This document shows positions 45,660 to 59,340 of a DNA stretch of 64,000 nucleotides, piece after piece. A program made the position numbers and the translations under genes. The stretch covers positions 50,592,001 through 50,656,000 of the forward strand of contig NC_043004.1 of the NCBI RefSeq assembly GCF_006345805.1, written 5' to 3'. Position 1 is the stretch's first letter, and every line of letters begins with the position of its first letter. The DNA is from Octopus sinensis. Its lineage: Eukaryota. The notes beneath the pieces were generated by a model. It did not search any database, was not told the origin of the DNA, and worked only from the letters and a program-made list of their open reading frames with translations.

Positions 45660-46800
45660 GATTGCATGGATATGTTAGTAGAAAGCTCCGTAATGATAGT
45701 AACATCGATCATGAAAGCAGTTTATCATGGACCAGTAGCCGGATTACTACCAGATACTTTGAAGGCGTATATGTTTGCAATCCAAGAAAAGGAAATATCA
45801 ACCAAATACCTGATGCACAAAAGGAATAGAGATGCAGGAAAAGCTGTAAAATGTGTCAACCGATGCAGACTTTGTGGAATTCACACTGAAGATATTACCC
45901 ACATCATAAGCCGTTGTCCAAAAATGTCCTCACGATATTATCTACCGATGAGACATGACGTTGTAGCTAGGACACTCTATAATGAAATCCGTCGGAAGGA
46001 TAATCCTGAGGACAAAGAAATAAGAACACACAATGGTAGAGACCATAGCCACTCATAATTAAAAGGAATACTGGTGGAATGTACTAATGAAGACCTCAGT
46101 AAAATGTAAGCACAGCAGACCTAATATGATGATTTGGGGTAAGAGAAGATAAACTGTGCACAGTTGTGGAAATTAGTTGTCCAGCAAATGTTAACATAAA
46201 GCTGAAGATCAGTGAAAAAGAGAACACCTATGCTGAACTATTGAGAAATCTGCAGTTACTCTAGATTATAAATTCAGGATTGTACCTGTAATTATTGGGG
46301 GCCAAGGGATATGTAACACACTGCCTAAATACCAATCTTGAGAAATTAAGCTTCTCAAAACCAGAAAGGATAAAGCTAATTCGAAGGCTACATACCCATT
46401 CCCTCACTGAAACTGTAAAAATCTGTAAAACTTTCCAGAAGTTTATCATGCAACTATATGCATGAGAATACATACATAAAACGTACAAATCTGCACATAC
46501 ATACATACATACATACATACATACATACATACATACATACATACATGCATGCATACATGCATGCATGCATACATACATACAAACATACATACATACAAAC
46601 ATACATACATACATACATACATACATACATACATGCCTGCATGCATGCATACTACATACATACATACATACATTCATACATACATACAAAATTACTCTGT
46701 TGTTGATGTTGAAATTCCAATGAAGGACCTTGCATCTAGGTTAGAAACCAGTTCTTTCTGTGTTGGCAAGAAATTTTGAAATAAACTGACTAATAACATA
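45660..46800 (+). mobile_element. R4/Dong-type (RLE) non-LTR retrotransposon 3' end
   Basis: YMFAIQEKEISTKYL, CCHC knuckle CRLCGIHTEDITHIISRC, RHDVVA, then EYWWN...RPNMMIW...CTVVEISCP...EKENTYAEL, IVPVIIG; 3' UTR with embedded and terminal (CATA)n. Confidence 0.88.
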
Positions 46801-46901
46801 CATACATTATCTAGCAGAGGCAACAGAATTGTGTGTGTGTGTGTATACATACAAACACAGTATTAGTAGCCGTATTACAAACACCTACAACAGTTGCTCA
46901 C

Positions 46902-46935
46902 CATCATCGCTGCTACCACTAACAGCGCCCACTCC
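46902..46935 (-). CDS. Candidate internal exon (chain X)
   Basis: Acceptor tcttgtttcaattatag, donor ATG|GTGAGC; GVGAVSGSSDD in phase 0/1. Confidence 0.25.
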
Positions 46936-47539
46936 CTATAATTGAAACAAGACACATATCCAGACATCTATGACAATGGTTCCACTGTGCAACACTTTGA
47001 CCGTTATGCTAGGAACGCTTATTCTCTATATATGCAACAATGTGCAACAGTGTCGTATTGCACCTGTCCCCTCTGTGCAGCAGTTACTGCCTACACGACA
47101 GGACAAGAGATATATCAACTGACATATATTTTTAAACATACACACACACACACACACATACAAACACACACACACGCGCGCGCGCACACACACAGAGAAG
47201 ATACAGACTCATATACACATAGTATATACCTACACAAACAGTGTGTGTGCTTATATATATATATGTACATATATTTATATGTTATGAGCATAAGTATATA
47301 CATATTATACAAATATGTATGTATAGAGAGGTAGATGCTAATGAATATGTGTTTGTGTGTGTGTGTGTGTGTATGTGTGTGTGTGTGTGTATAAATGTAT
47401 TATATAGTCATACATTCATATATATATATACACTATATATATACACATATAAGGTCAGCAACAACTATTAGGGAGAAAGTAATGACAAGCACGTCCTTGG
47501 AAAAGTAAATAAAATATATTTTTATGAGATAGACACATA

Positions 47540-47928
47540 GGCGCAGGAGTGGCTGTGTGGTAAGTAGCTTGCTAGCCAGCCACATGGTTCCGGGTTCAGT
47601 CCCATTGCATGGCACCTTGGGCAAGTGTTTTCTACTATAGCCTCGGGCCGACCAATGAGTGGATTTGGTAGACGGAAACTGAAAGAAGCCTGTCGTATAT
47701 ATATATATATATATATACATATGTATGTGTGTCTGTGTTTGTCCCCCTAGCATTGCTTGACAACCGATGCTGGTGTGTTTATGTCCCCGTTACTTAGCGG
47801 TTCGACAAAAGAGACCGATAGAATAAGTACTGGGCTTACAAAAGAATAAGTCTCAGGACCGAGTTGCTCAATTAAAGGCGGTGCTCCAGCATGGCCGCAG
47901 TCAAATGACTGAAACAAGTAAAAGAGTA
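47540..47928 (+). mobile_element. SINE family A, full length
   Basis: All family modules present. Confidence 0.88.
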
Positions 47929-48408
47929 TACATCCAAATATGAGTATACAGAGCAGCATTTATAGGTTACACGCACACCTACACCTTTCAGTATAGACAC
48001 ACACACATATATACATGTACATATATGGCAAAATATATGCATACATGCATACACAGGCTTAAATACGCAAACATATGCACATATACACACAAGCATGCAT
48101 TCACATATATGTATGTATGTATATATATACATATATATATTATACACATATATATATGTATATATATATATATATAGAATATATATATATATATATGTAT
48201 ATGCACACGCATTAGTAGTATAAACATATATTCCATCCATCCATATATCTATCTACCTAACTATCTATCTATCTATCATCTATCTATCTATCTAGCTGTC
48301 TATACATACATACATACATATACACATGCAAACATACATATGCATATTATACATATATACAGGCAAACATACATACATGTATTATATATTGTATATACAT
48401 ACATACAT

Positions 48409-48595
48409 ATTTCAACTACATCAACAGGGTATTTTTGCATGTATGTGTGTATATATGTTTTATTTATATAAAACATATATGCACACATATGTATGCAAAA
48501 ATATCCTGCTGATGTAGTTGAAATTCCAATGAAGGAGCTTGGAGCTATGTTATAAACCGGCCCTTTCTCTCTAGGCTAGAAATCTTGAAATAATA
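48409..48595. mobile_element. Short R4/Dong 3' UTR end with an inverted upstream arm
   Basis: 48490-48595 matches 46685-46790; 48409-48463 is its reverse complement. Confidence 0.65.
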
Positions 48596-48599
48596 TTGA

Positions 48600-49335
<736 letters not shown>

Positions 49336-49359
49336 AAAAAGAATTAAAGAAAGAGTAAT

Positions 49360-49406
<47 letters not shown>

Positions 49407-49454
49407 ACAATAGAAGAAACAAGGTAAATAGAAATCAATGTATGAGTATTCTTT

Positions 49455-49690
49455 TATTCTCTTATTCTTTTACTTGTTTAAGTCGTTTGACTGTGGCTAT
49501 GCTGGAGCACCACCTTGAAGGGTTTTAGTCGAACAAATCGATACCAGAACTTAATCTCTAAGCCTAGTATTTATTCTATCAGTCACTTTTGTCGAACCGC
49601 TAGCTAACAGGGACGTAAATATACCAATACTAGTTATCAAGCAGGGCTTGGGACAAACACAGACACAGATAGATATATACATATATGCAA

Positions 49691-49742
<52 letters not shown>

Positions 49743-50184
49743 CTACAAAATTAGAGAATGGAGGAACATACTTAAATCAATAAAACATCAACTATCAGAT
49801 GATACCCAATCAATACTTTAATACACCATTACATATCAGTAAAGGCATTATAAAAAATATACAGTAAGAGTAAATATACAAAGAGATATAAGTATAAAAT
49901 TTCAAATATAATATGTAATTAATCAATTCTGACAGCTGTTTCGGCAGTGAGGGCAGTCATACCTCATTAACCTATAAGCCATAAAGGCAGGTATAAATGA
50001 GGCATTAACAAGGATGCCCCACGGCCTCTTCAGAGAATTAAATTTGCTATAATTGTGAAAAAGATTATTTAACCATATACATATAAATATAAAAATATAA
50101 AAATGTAAAATATAAAAACTTATACATAAACTTCATCCCATGGTGGGTTGAATTTTCAACCCCTATCTCATTTTATAACCTATA

Positions 50185-50254
<70 letters not shown>

Positions 50255-50430
50255 ATATATATATATTTATGTGTGTGTGTGGTGTGTTGTGTGTGTGTGT
50301 GTGTGTGTATACGATGTGCCTCTTTCAGTTTCCGTCCACCAAATCCACTCACAAAGCTTTGGTTGGCCCGAGGCTATAGCAGAAGGCATTTGCAGAAGGT
50401 GCCATGCAGAGGAACTGAATACGGAAACAT
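49455..50430 (-). mobile_element. SINE family A split in its central (TA)n by a PLE-like insert
   Basis: 3' half 49455-49670, 5' half about 50310-50430, insert 49741-50175 with (TA)n on both sides. Confidence 0.75.
49925..50039 (-). ncRNA. Type I hammerhead ribozyme with an extended stem II
   Basis: aattct-CTGAAGA-GGC c GTGGGGCA...TGCCCTCAC t GCC-GAA-ACAG CTGT-C-agaatt. Canonical core, G10.1-C11.1, GUC site and 6-bp stem I. Confidence 0.82.
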
Positions 50431-50521
50431 GGGGACATATATATTTATTGTTATAATCGGTATAAATTACAAAGTAACTTAACGACCAACATCATATATA
50501 TACGTGCTCTTGGTTAATATA

Positions 50522-50865
50522 CTCTTTTACTTGTTTCAATCATTTGACTGCGGTCATGCTGGAGCACCGCCTTTAATCGAGCAATTCGACCCCGGGACTT
50601 ATTCTTTTGTAAGCCCAGTACATATTCTATCGGTCTCTTTTTGCCGAACCGCTAAGTAACGGGGACATAAACACACCAGCATCGGTTGTCAAGCAATGCG
50701 AGGGGGGGACAAACACAGACACACATGCATAGATATATATATATATACATATATACGACTGGCTTCTTTTCAGTTTCCGTCAACCAAATCCACTCACAAG
50801 GCTTTGGTCGGCCCGAGGCTATAGTAGAAGACACTTGCCCAAGGTGCCACGCAGTCGGACTGAAT
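50522..50865 (-). mobile_element. SINE family A, head-truncated
   Basis: Core and tail on the minus strand; further minus fragments at 51060-51222 and 52020-52155. Confidence 0.85.
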
Positions 50866-50939
50866 ATGTATATATATATATAATAAAAAGTTTTGAATGG
50901 TACAACAATGCACTATGATACAGACAATGGGCTATTTAC

Positions 50940-51001
50940 CTGTTGTAATTTAGTCATCCATAGTCTGATATGCTATTTCGGAATAATATTCCCAAGAATA
51001 T
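50940..51001 (-). CDS. Candidate exon (chain X) with one in-frame TAG
   Basis: Acceptor tattccttcttcag, donor CAG|GTAAAT; ILGNIIPK*HIRLWMTKLQQ, ending in phase 0. Confidence 0.18.
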
Positions 51002-52222
51002 CTGAAGAAGGAATATTCTTCACAAACGATACACAATGCTTCAAGCGAACTACACACACGACGAGCTTCTTTCAGTTTACGTCTACCAAATCCACTAACA
51101 AGGCTTTGGCCGGCCCGAGGCTATAGTAGAAGACACTTGCCCAAGGTACCACGCAGTCGGACTGAACCCGGAACCATGTGGTTAGTAAGCAAGTCACTTA
51201 CCACGCAACCACTCCTACGCCTTGGTTTTCTGTAGAAATATGTAAAGACAACTTTAAAAAGTGATTGAATAGCACTGCTAACACAGGTTGGACACTCTGT
51301 TGACTGATGAGCCTTTAATATACTTTGTAGTTATAATAATACGTACATATATGTGACCAGAGGTGTGTTTGATAAGTAAAATATGTATATTTTACATATT
51401 ATGTATATCCAGTTGTGACATCACTAAATCTGGTGGCTGTTGAAGCAATGAGTTCGTGGCTGGTTAATGGGTTGGATGTAGTGCTAAAGAAGAAGCAAGA
51501 ACTCCAGAAAGATGCATGTACACCCGTTACCCATTTTTATGTTATCGATCACATTGTTTACATAGACAAAACGTCGTAACTCTAAGTGCTGGCTCTAGCT
51601 TTTAGATTTTAAAAATTATTGTGAACGCTTAAGGAAACAGCTTATGAATGAGACAGGATAAGCTGGTCTGTTCTTGATGAAGATAGCAATTGGAAAGATG
51701 GCTTCCCTCTGATCACGTGTCAATGACGAGAGATTCGTGGAGGAGAAGGAGGAGGAGGAGGAGGAGGAGTAAGAGAGAGGGAACGGTGAAGAGGAGAGGA
51801 GAAGAATAGGGAAGGGTGGGAGAGAAAACCAGAAAGGATGAAGAACATGAGAGGGAGAGAGAGAGAGACAGAGAAGAGATAATAGAGATAGAAGAGTGCG
51901 CATTATGATTATTAAGATAAAACTTACTTGGAAAAGGATGCGTGGTGTTCGATCATATAATGATATGAATAATATATAAATATATGCATATATACATACA
52001 TACGCACACACACACACATACACGATGGATTTCCATCCACCAAATCCACTCACAATCTTTTGGTTGGCCCAGAGTTAGAGTAGAAAACACTTGCCCAAGG
52101 TGCCACGTAGTGGTGACTGAACCCGGAACTATGTGGTTTGGGGAGTAAACCTCTTACCACACTGTCACGCTTTCGCTTACATACACGAATTTATAATACA
52201 TTATACAAATATATACGTACAT

Positions 52223-52662
52223 AGGCGCAGGAGTGGCTGTGTGGTAAGTAGCTTGCTAACCAACCACATGGTTGTGGTAAGTAGCTTGCTAACAACCACG
52301 TGGTTCCGGGTTCAGTCCCACTGCGTGGCACCTTGGGCAAGTGTCTTCTGCTATAGCCCCGGGCCGACCAATGCTTTGTGAGTGGATTTGGTAGACGGAA
52401 ACTGAAAGAAGCCTGTCGTATATATGTATATATGTATACATATGTGTATGAGTGTGTGTTTTTGTGTGTGTTTTTGTCCCCCTAGCATTGCTTGACAACC
52501 GATGCTGGTGTGTTTACGTCCCCGTCACTTAGCGGTTCGGCAAAAGAGACCGATAGAATAAGTACTGGGTTTACAAAGAATAAGTCCCGGGGTCGATTTG
52601 CTCGACTAAAGGCGGTGCTCCAGCATGGCCGCAGTCAAATGACTGAAACAAGTAAAAGAGTA
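52223..52662 (+). mobile_element. SINE family A, full length with a duplicated head segment
   Basis: TGTGGTAAGTAGCTTGCTAAC occurs twice in the head. Confidence 0.88.
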
Positions 52663-52944
52663 ATACATATACTAATTTAGTCTAAGCACATGGTTAGCTG
52701 TGAGTACATGTTACTGATAACGCTCAACGACACAGAAATGCAGGTAGCGTTCTCACTATCCTCTGTTATAATGATTTTCGTCTCCCCCCGATATATATAT
52801 TGTATTTTTAAACGTAGAACGTTCATAAAAGATATTTACAGGCAAATACCGTAGTAAATTTGCTTTTCACGATGTATTTGTATTCAAAAATAATATACCC
52901 ACGTGTTACCCGTGAGTCGTTAAGAAGCCACGTGGTAGTAAGGC

Positions 52945-53162
52945 TGCTGCGAACTGGCAGAATCGTTAGCACGTTGGGCAAAGTGCTTAGCACTATTTCG
53001 TCCGACTTCTGAGTTCAAATTCTGCCGAGGTCGACTTTGCCTTTCGTCATTTCGAGCCCGATGAAATAAATACTAGATGATTACTGGAGTCCGATGTAAC
53101 CGACTAGTCCTCACCCCCCCCCCCAAAAAAAAATTTCACGCCTTGTGCCTTTAATAGAAAGG

Positions 53163-53165
<3 letters not shown>
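52945..53165 (+). mobile_element. SINE family B variant ending in (AAT)n
   Basis: B head and core with the alternative tail CCCCC-AAAATTTC-GCCTTGTGCCT. Confidence 0.75.
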
Positions 53166-53243
<78 letters not shown>

Positions 53244-53264
53244 TGTAGTAGCAGCAGCAACAGC

Positions 53265-53306
<42 letters not shown>

Positions 53307-54183
53307 GATGGTGGTGGTGGTGGTGGTGGTGGTTTTCGGTGAACGAGTGCAAAGCTGCTGTGACACAACGTGTGAAAGGTCACTTCCTGTGATGCATATA
53401 GTGAAGGTATTTTGGTTCTTATATCTCCGAAGTGTCAAATTAGCTTAAAAGACGGAAAGGTAAACAAGGGCAAGACAACGGCAGCAGCAGCAGCAGCAGC
53501 AAAAACAACAACACTACGATTACCATCATCATCACAACCGCCGCCGCCGCCGCCACCACCACCACCACCACCACCACCACCGTTACCATCACCAACACAT
53601 TCACCAGTAACGCACCACCATCATCACCACCACCACTTCAACCTGCACGATCACCACCTGCCTCACCACCACCTGCGCCACCACCACCACCACAACCACC
53701 ACCACCACCACCACCGTTACCATCACCAACACATTCACCAGTAACGCACCACCATCATCACCACCACCACTTCAACCTGCACGATCACCACCTGCCTCAC
53801 CACCACCTGCGCCACCACAACCACCACCACCACCACCACCACCACCACTACCAGCAACATCAACATTACCTGCAGCCCCGCCTCCACCACACTACACTAC
53901 CAACACAACCACCTCTAACGACAACAACAACAACAACTGCAACAACAATATATATTCTGAAAAATTGCATAATAGCTTTAGAGTAATAGGTTTGTAGGAG
54001 GGTGTACTGCGTTCGAATCCATCCAAGTAGTCATATGACATGTCAAGCATAGCAGCTAAATTCCCTTAAATCATAAGGTAGTACAGACAAGACAATATGT
54101 TTAGCGATGAACACAGGGCGAAGGTGGTGATGATTGGAAAGTCTTTGAAGCATAAATCTGTTTCAATTGGGTTTTACTATTTA

Positions 54184-54581
54184 CTAGCAGTATCGCCCGG
54201 CGTTGCTCGGGTTTGTAAGGAAAATAACTATATAAGCATTTTTAGAGAGTTATAGCCAAAAAATAGCAAAAAAATGCATTAAAAATGAAAAAAAAATGAT
54301 GGTAGATTTTTTTTTAAATCGTTGACTCATCGTGGACATTTTTAGAGAGTTACTTCCCTTATATAATAGCGAAAAAATGCATTAAAATGGAAAAAAATTA
54401 TGGTAAATTATTTTTTAAATCGTAGACTCATCGTAGACGCGCGCTAATACCCAGAAGGGCTCGATATAAATCACGACTATAAGATACCCGGTTTTGGTTA
54501 AACTGCATCGCAAAATGTGGGAGTAGTTAGGAATCTAAATCGTAGGAGACAGACACACAACTTCACTTTTATATATAAAGA
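54184..54581 (-). mobile_element. Non-autonomous Helitron (398 bp)
   Basis: Minus strand starts A|TC and ends with the hairpin CCCGAGCAACGCCGGG followed by CTAG|T; no target duplication. Confidence 0.8.
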
Positions 54582-54825
54582 TTTATCTAACCTGGTACGA
54601 TGAAATGCCAAGCTGACTTCGGCAGGATTTCAATTTAAAATGTAGCAACTATCATTTTGCTAGGAGCTCTACTAATTCCTCTAGCCCCTGTCTTTAGGCA
54701 TCCTCGTGTAAAATGTTGCACTGAAACATAACGCATAACACATGGTGGTGGTGGTGGTGGTGTGGTGCTGATAGTAATATTGGTGAAGATGTTGATGGCA
54801 TTTACTAAACTAAACCATCGTCATC

Positions 54826-55200
54826 GTGGCACTCCGTCGGTTACGACGACGAGGGTCCCAGTTGATCCGATCAACGGAACAGCCTGCTCGTGAAATTAAC
54901 GTGCAAGTGGCTGAGCACTCCATAGACATGTGTACCCTTAACGTAGTTCTCGGGGAGATTCAGCGTGACACAGAGTGCGGCAAGGCAGGCTTTTTGATAT
55001 ACAGGTACAACAGAAACAGGAAGAAAGAGTGAGAGAAAGTTGCGGTGAAAAAAGTACAGCAGGGTTCGCCACCATCCCCTGCCGGAGCCTCGTGGAACTT
55101 GAAGTGTTTTCGCTCAATAAACACTCAACGCCCAGTCTGGGAATCGAAACCGTGATCCTACGACTCTGCTGCCCTAACCACTTGGCTATTGCGCCTCCAC
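54826..55200 (-). mobile_element. SINE family C, full length
   Basis: Homologous over its length to 3173-3549. Confidence 0.85.
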
Positions 55201-55461
55201 AAACAAAACCATAGAGTCGTCCTTAATACAGTATAAATTAAATTATTTAGTGATGTAGACAGACAGATAGACAGACAGACAGACAGACAGATAGATAGAC
55301 GGACGGACTGATGCACGGTCGGACGGATGGATGGACGGATGGCAAGAAAGGTGGATAGATAGATAGATATACAAAATAGATATGTAGATATATTACAAAT
55401 ACACACGTACACACAAACACACAGACACACACACACACGTATATATATATATATATATATA

Positions 55462-55856
55462 CTTGCAGTATCGCCCGGCGTTGCTCGGGTTTGTAAGGGA
55501 AATAACTATATAAGCATTTTTAGAGAGTTATAGCCAATAAATAGCAAAAAATGCATTAAAAATGGAAAAAAATGATGGTAATTTTTTTTTAAATCGTTGA
55601 CTCATCGTAGACATTTTTAGAGAGTTACTTCCCTTATATAATAGCGAAAAAATGCATTAAAATGGAAAAAAATTATGGTAAATTATTTTTTAAATCGTAG
55701 ACTCATCGTAGACGCGCGCTAATACCCAGAAGGGCTCGATATGAATCACAACTATAAGATACCCGCTTTTGGTTACACTGCACCGCAAAATGTGGGAGTA
55801 GTTAGGAATCTAAATCGTAGGAGACAGACACACAACTTCACTTTTATATATAAAGA
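55462..55856 (-). mobile_element. Non-autonomous Helitron, second copy
   Basis: Nearly identical to 54184-54581; terminal CTAG mutated. Confidence 0.8.
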
Positions 55857-55886
55857 TATATATATATGTGTATGTATATAAATTAA

Positions 55887-56217
55887 GGCGCATAGTTCAG
55901 TGCTTAGATCGTCGGGTTTACAATCGTGAGGTTATGAGTTCGTATTCCCGGACCGAGCTGTGTGTTGTGTTTTGAGCAAGGCACTTCGTTTCATTGCTCT
56001 ATCTGGTTTACTTAGTTGTAGAAATGAGTTGTGAAGTCACTGTTGCCAAGCTGTATTGGCCTTTGGCCTTTCGTTGGCGCGGAGAGGGAAGGCTGGTATG
56101 CATGGCTGACTACTGACCTTCCACAAACAACATTGTCCAGACTTGCGCCTTCGAACGAAACTTTATAAATGAAATCCCATGGTTATTTGTGACCGAAAGG
56201 GATCTTTACCCTTTACC

Positions 56218-56219
<2 letters not shown>
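55887..56219 (+). mobile_element. tRNA-derived SINE family D, diverged
   Basis: GGCGCATAGTTCAGTGCTTAG head, GAGTTCGTATTCCC box and TTGAGCAAGGCACTT motif related to 60760-60897. Confidence 0.6.
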
Positions 56220-56282
<63 letters not shown>

Positions 56283-57184
56283 TGTCTGTCTGTGTCTCTG
56301 TCTCTGTTGTGTGCGTGTGTGTCAAAATGTATTAAAATGCATTAAAATTTGTATTATATACAATTTAAATTGGTATGTAATTGTCTATGTCCCAATAACC
56401 GATATCGAGGTGGGGGGTATTTTGAGATACAAATATTTCAATGGTTGTATTCAGTTACACATTTAAATATGTTGACAACAATATAATTATATAGTAAGAT
56501 ATTATATTAAATATCCTTAAGACAATTTGAGATCTGAACGTTTCATATGAAATATGTACAATCATCAGTTTTCTATAATCCTTTCTTTTAAGTCTATAAT
56601 CCTTTCTTTTAAGTCTATATTACACACGATGATATATACATACATACATACATACATACATACATACATACATACATACATACATACATACATACATACA
56701 TACGTACGTACGTACATACGAAAGTATATATGGACACATTCATACAAACGAGCAAACATACGTACATTTACACAAGCTGCATATGCTAGGGTTTTTAGAA
56801 AAATAAATCAACTAGTTAATTCGTACATTACAAATATTATCTGTAAGTGAAACAGTAAAAATATGCGAGGCTTTTCTCAAGTTTAAAATGCTAATTCCTG
56901 TTTGTTATTTACATCTAACAAGGAAGCGTTGTATCTCTGTTAGAAGCTAGTTCCTTCCTCAGATAAAAATTTGAAATAATTAAAAACAGAAGAACACATG
57001 TGTGTGTGTGTGTGTGCGTGCGTATGCGCGTCGTGCACGGTGAATAATTATGCATATTTAGTATCCATGCATGCATGTTATGGCATGTATGTGTGTGTGA
57101 GTGAGTGTGACTCTGTGTGTGTGTGTGGTTGTATGTGCGTGTGCGCGAAGAATTTAAAGCTTTCTCGGCATATCACACATCATA

Positions 57185-57756
57185 TCTATAAAAGGGAGGA
57201 TGTTTGTGCGTGTGTGTGTGTGTGTGTACGTGATTGTAATTTATGCACGTCCACAAATTAGCACGCATGTCGCTCAAATTTTAGGAGGACATTTGTCAAC
57301 ATCCTATCTGGGTTTTGTCAACTTATTTTTTTCCCCGAGGCACCCGTGGGTAGCGTAAATATCTATTTTCTGACATAGCTTTTAGCCACGAAAATATCAG
57401 CATTGGCTTTTTTGATGACGTCTAACAGAAAAAAAAAGATAGAGAAAAGTGGAAGAAGGAGGCAGAGAGTTTCACAGGAAAGACAAAGTGAAAGAGGGAG
57501 AGACAGAGAGAGTAAGTTATGACGTTCATAAAAAATAAAATGTAAAATGTTTTGTTTTTTGTTTTTGAAAGACACTATATTTTATAATCATAATATATAT
57601 ACTTTAGGGAAAATCGTGCGAGTGTTAATCTACAAATTTAACAACATTTTTTCCATTCATTTCTGTTTATGAACATGTATGCGTGCACAAAAAATGCAAT
57701 AGGTGTACGTACGTGTGTGTATGTGTGATCGTGTCTGTTGCCCATATATATTATAT

Positions 57757-57803
<47 letters not shown>

Positions 57804-57925
57804 CTAATTTCAACGGATTTCGCACGAATTTGACGTCTATATTACTTAGTTTGGTTTGAAGTAAAGAACTTGATTAGCTTAATAATCGTAACTTAATCCC
57901 GGGCAAGGCTGGGTTATACTGCTAG
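57185..57925 (+). mobile_element. Non-autonomous Helitron, longer relative (741 bp)
   Basis: A|TCTATAAAAG start; CCCGGGCAAGGCTGGG hairpin then ATACTGCTAG|T, the same 3' end as the 398-bp copies. Confidence 0.65.
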
Positions 57926-58173
57926 TTATCGAATAAGTATCTATGGGGGCAGTGTTTGTGTGTGTGAGTGTGCTCTCGCTTGTGTTTATCTGCCTCGCCG
58001 CAGGTTTTCAATAAATGTTGTATATATATATTAGAACACTAGAAAAGTGTGATTAATATTTATCCTCTAAGAAATTAAGTTTTGCTTTGTTAATTAAACA
58101 AACAAATAATTATGCGAAAAACATGCGTGTATTTATTATGTATGTATGTATATAAAATACATACATACATACA

Positions 58174-58204
<31 letters not shown>

Positions 58205-58246
58205 GTGGATATATATATATATATATACTTATATATACTTATATAT

Positions 58247-58326
<80 letters not shown>

Positions 58327-59194
58327 GCGTAGGTGTTAACGCATCTGTGCAGTTTCGTATGAATGTTTAATGCATATATATATATATTTGCATGTATGTA
58401 TGAATGTGTACACACACAGACACACACATGCACAACACACACACACACATATACATACTTAAGTATGATTATGTATGTGCATCTATGCATATGTATATTT
58501 TGTGTGCATATATATGTCTGATGTTTAACATCAGACATATGTACATATATATTTATATATATATGTCTGTATATAAATATATACATATTTATGGGTGGTG
58601 ATGGGGGAGTATATATATTTATGTGCATATATATATATATATTTCTATATATATGCGTTTATACATGTTATATATATATGTGTGTGTGTTGTGTGTGTTT
58701 ATATGTGAGTACATATAATATGTGTGTATGTGTGTGAGTGTGTGCGTGAGTTTGTGTGTGCGTTTGTGTACGCGAGTGTGTAGAATATATTATAAGAAAA
58801 GTCTACCCTTCATAATAACTATATTTAATATGCTAATTCATTGCACTCATTAACCCTGTAAGTGCACTCAAAAGTGCACCCAAGAGTATTGTTGTTCCAA
58901 GCCCTACAAATATGACTTAGCACTATGATTGGGGAGCTTTTTCAGCACTAGGAATCAAATTGCCGGTACGTGTGCACCAGTATAAGTACATTTGTACCGA
59001 GATTAATTTTAAATCTTTAAATTTAGACATTCATAAAAATAGAAGCAGGCATGGGTATTATGGTTAAGGAATTGGCTTTATAGCCACATGGTTTCAGGTC
59101 CAATCCCACCACCGGGCAATTCCTTGTAAACGAATGTGGAATACGAAAACTGTGCAGAAGCCGATTTTACGCTCTCACGCATACACATACGTTG

Positions 59195-59239
<45 letters not shown>

Positions 59240-59240
59240 C

Positions 59241-59287
<47 letters not shown>

Positions 59288-59293
59288 CATCCC

Positions 59294-59340
<47 letters not shown>

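Noticed and set aside
51302-51580. CTGATGAGCC start of a possible hammerhead
   Set aside because: No matching GGC-GAAA and stem I partner found downstream.
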